From Candidatus Wukongarchaeum yapensis (lineage in GTDB: Archaea > Asgardarchaeota > Wukongarchaeia > Wukongarchaeales > Wukongarchaeaceae): a stretch of DNA of 7,142 nt. Below the pieces are notes generated by a model that saw only the letters and a list, made by a program, of their open reading frames with translations, did not search any database and was not told where the DNA came from. Below are positions 5,807 to 7,142 of this stretch, piece after piece. The position numbers were made by a program, and so were the translations under genes. Position 1 is the first letter of the stretch; every line of letters begins with the position of its first letter. The DNA is taken from positions 1 through 7,142 of the forward strand of contig JAEOSI010000120.1 of NCBI GenBank assembly GCA_016840425.1, read 5' to 3'.

Positions 5807-6910
5807 TTAATCCCAGGAGAGTTCAAGTTGCCTTATGAATAAGGCAAATCCTGTGAGGATACCTAGCGAGTAAGAGATTAAGTATGCTTCAGGATATACG
5901 TCTTGAATGTCTCCAAAGATTAGGTATACTGCAACGGATGCGATAGCAAAGGCGATGATTACCGCCATGAAGGCATATGATTCTTTTTGAGTGAAGTCTT
6001 TTTGAGAAAAGTTCGCTCTTAAAGCGAGAACTATGGCAAGAGCCGCGAGGGGAGTAATGGCTATCATCGCTATACCTATCGGGATTAGCATGATTATTGC
6101 AAGGCGTGTTTGGATTTTTGCAAAATATTTTGAGAGGGCGTCTAGGTCGCGTTCAACGATTCCTCCATAGTCTTTTGTTACGTGTTTTTTCCACCAAATG
6201 GTCATACCTTTGCCCTTCCTTTTAAAAGATCCTGAGATTTTCTCTTTGAGAGTTGGGGCTTTTTCTAGCGCCATTTCACCCTTATATACGGGTATCAGGT
6301 ATATTTGAGCAAGAAGACCTAAAAGTATGATAAGTTTAAGGAAGGAGGCTATAATTTCCGGAAGGAATGCAAAGAACAGAAGTTCAGAGGGTCCTTTTAT
6401 AATTGTTTTGAGGATGTTATAAACAGCGATACCCGCGATCACGTAGGATGGCCCGATGACTACAAGGCGCCAAAGGTGGAGTTTTTCCGTTCCACGCAAT
6501 TTCTCCTTAAGCCTTCTTGCTAAGAAAACGCCTACTAAACCATACGCTACAAAAAGACCTAATCCTGCAAGAAATTGAACTGATGCAAAGCCTAAAGCGG
6601 TTAAATCATAAAAAATGTCGAGATCAAAGGCTAATAAGAAAAACAATGCAAGAAAGGCAAAGCCAGTAAGTATGGAGAAAAGAATATAGTTTTCAGTCTC
6701 AAAAAAGCGCTCCATATAATTTTTTACTTTTAAAGTTAACTCTTCTTCTTTTTTTCTTTTCTTTTTCTCCTCGCTACGCTTTTCTTTCTCCTTTCTCTCT
6801 TTTTCTTTCTCTTTCTCCTTTCTCTCTTTTTCTTTCTCTTCACTATGCTTTTTTTCCTCTTTTTTCTTGAATAATATCATAAAAGGATCCCTCGCAAATT
6901 TTCCTTTCAT
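5807..6910 (-). CDS. multi-pass membrane protein (about 7-8 TM) with K/E-rich N-terminal tail
   Basis: 367-aa ORF with a highly charged N-terminal ~60 aa, then several hydrophobic helices and a cytoplasmic-looking basic loop. No family recognised. Alternative start at MILFKK (6880). Confidence 0.85.
   Translation of the reverse strand: MKGKFARDPFMILFKKKEEKKHSEEKEKERKEKEKEKERKEKEKRSEEKKKRKKEEELTLKVKNYMERFFETENYILFSILTGFAFLALFFLLAFDLDIFYDLTALGFASVQFLAGLGLFVAYGLVGVFLARRLKEKLRGTEKLHLWRLVVIGPSYVIAGIAVYNILKTIIKGPSELLFFAFLPEIIASFLKLIILLGLLAQIYLIPVYKGEMALEKAPTLKEKISGSFKRKGKGMTIWWKKHVTKDYGGIVERDLDALSKYFAKIQTRLAIIMLIPIGIAMIAITPLAALAIVLALRANFSQKDFTQKESYAFMAVIIAFAIASVAVYLIFGDIQDVYPEAYLISYSLGILTGFALFIRQLELSWD
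6783..6840. repeat. perfect 27-bp in-frame tandem duplication
   Basis: TTTCTCCTTTCTCTCTTTTTCTTTCTC at 6785-6811 and again at 6812-6838. It encodes EKEKERKEK twice on the minus strand. Confidence 0.95.
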
Positions 6911-7070
6911 GCCGCTATTTCTATGAAGGAAAAATAAAAAAACTAATAAACTGAGCGGATCTTTATAAATACAATTAATTATTATTAGTTTTAGTTTGTT
7001 ATTATGTTTAAGTATATCTGCGCGCGTAAAGAGTTTAAGTTTTATAGGGATTTTTTAGAGGTTTTATAAT

Positions 7071-7142
7071 TTGAATGATGAAAAGGCAAAAAAGGTCGAT
7101 AAGAAAGAGGATAACTGGGAGAAAGATTTCGCAGTAGACAGT
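7071..7142 (+). CDS. 5' end of a gene running off the window (MNDEKAKKVDKKEDNWEKDFAVDS...)
   Basis: TTG at 7071 with GAGGT 8 nt upstream and AT-rich TATA-like boxes around 7034-7046. The frame stays open to the end of the window. Divergent from the 6910 gene. Confidence 0.55.
   Translation, partial: MNDEKAKKVDKKEDNWEKDFAVDS

Noticed and set aside
1-7142. rRNA, tRNA, SRP RNA, RNase P RNA, CRISPR array, ORB origin boxes
   Set aside because: No cloverleaf, conserved rRNA/SRP/RNase P motif set, regularly spaced repeat array or ORB consensus was found by eye on either strand.

Overview
AT-rich archaeal window. Evidence for an archaeon: NreA, free-standing AlaX-M, AGGTG-type Shine-Dalgarno sites and GTG/TTG starts. 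A RING-like zinc-finger protein and KE-rich membrane proteins suggest an Asgard-type lineage (inference only). Intact genes: a UPF0104/LPG-synthase-TM flippase-like protein (515-1570 +), the PCNA-binding repair protein NreA (1582-2826 -), a 239-aa protein ending in an unusual C4-D-C3 RING-like finger (3511-4230 -), AlaX-M (4319-5035 -), two small hypotheticals, a multi-pass membrane protein with a 27-bp tandem duplication (5807-6910 -), and a gene starting at 7071 that runs off the window. Two 'intergenic' gaps hold features the ORF track misses. (1) A decayed IS200/IS605 tnpB 3' remnant (about 3099-3395) with a recognisable right end/reRNA scaffold ending GTAGTTCAC at 3474. (2) A frameshifted, truncated amidohydrolase 5' fragment (about 5562-5761). 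Its similarity stops at a copy of a roughly 37-39 bp intergenic motif, which also occurs in inverted orientation at 404-442 with a further partial copy at 456-473. No complete novel system can be proven from this window. The best leads are the RING-like gene next to nreA, the tnpB/reRNA relic and the dispersed repeat. All family calls are by eye from motifs, not from database searches.
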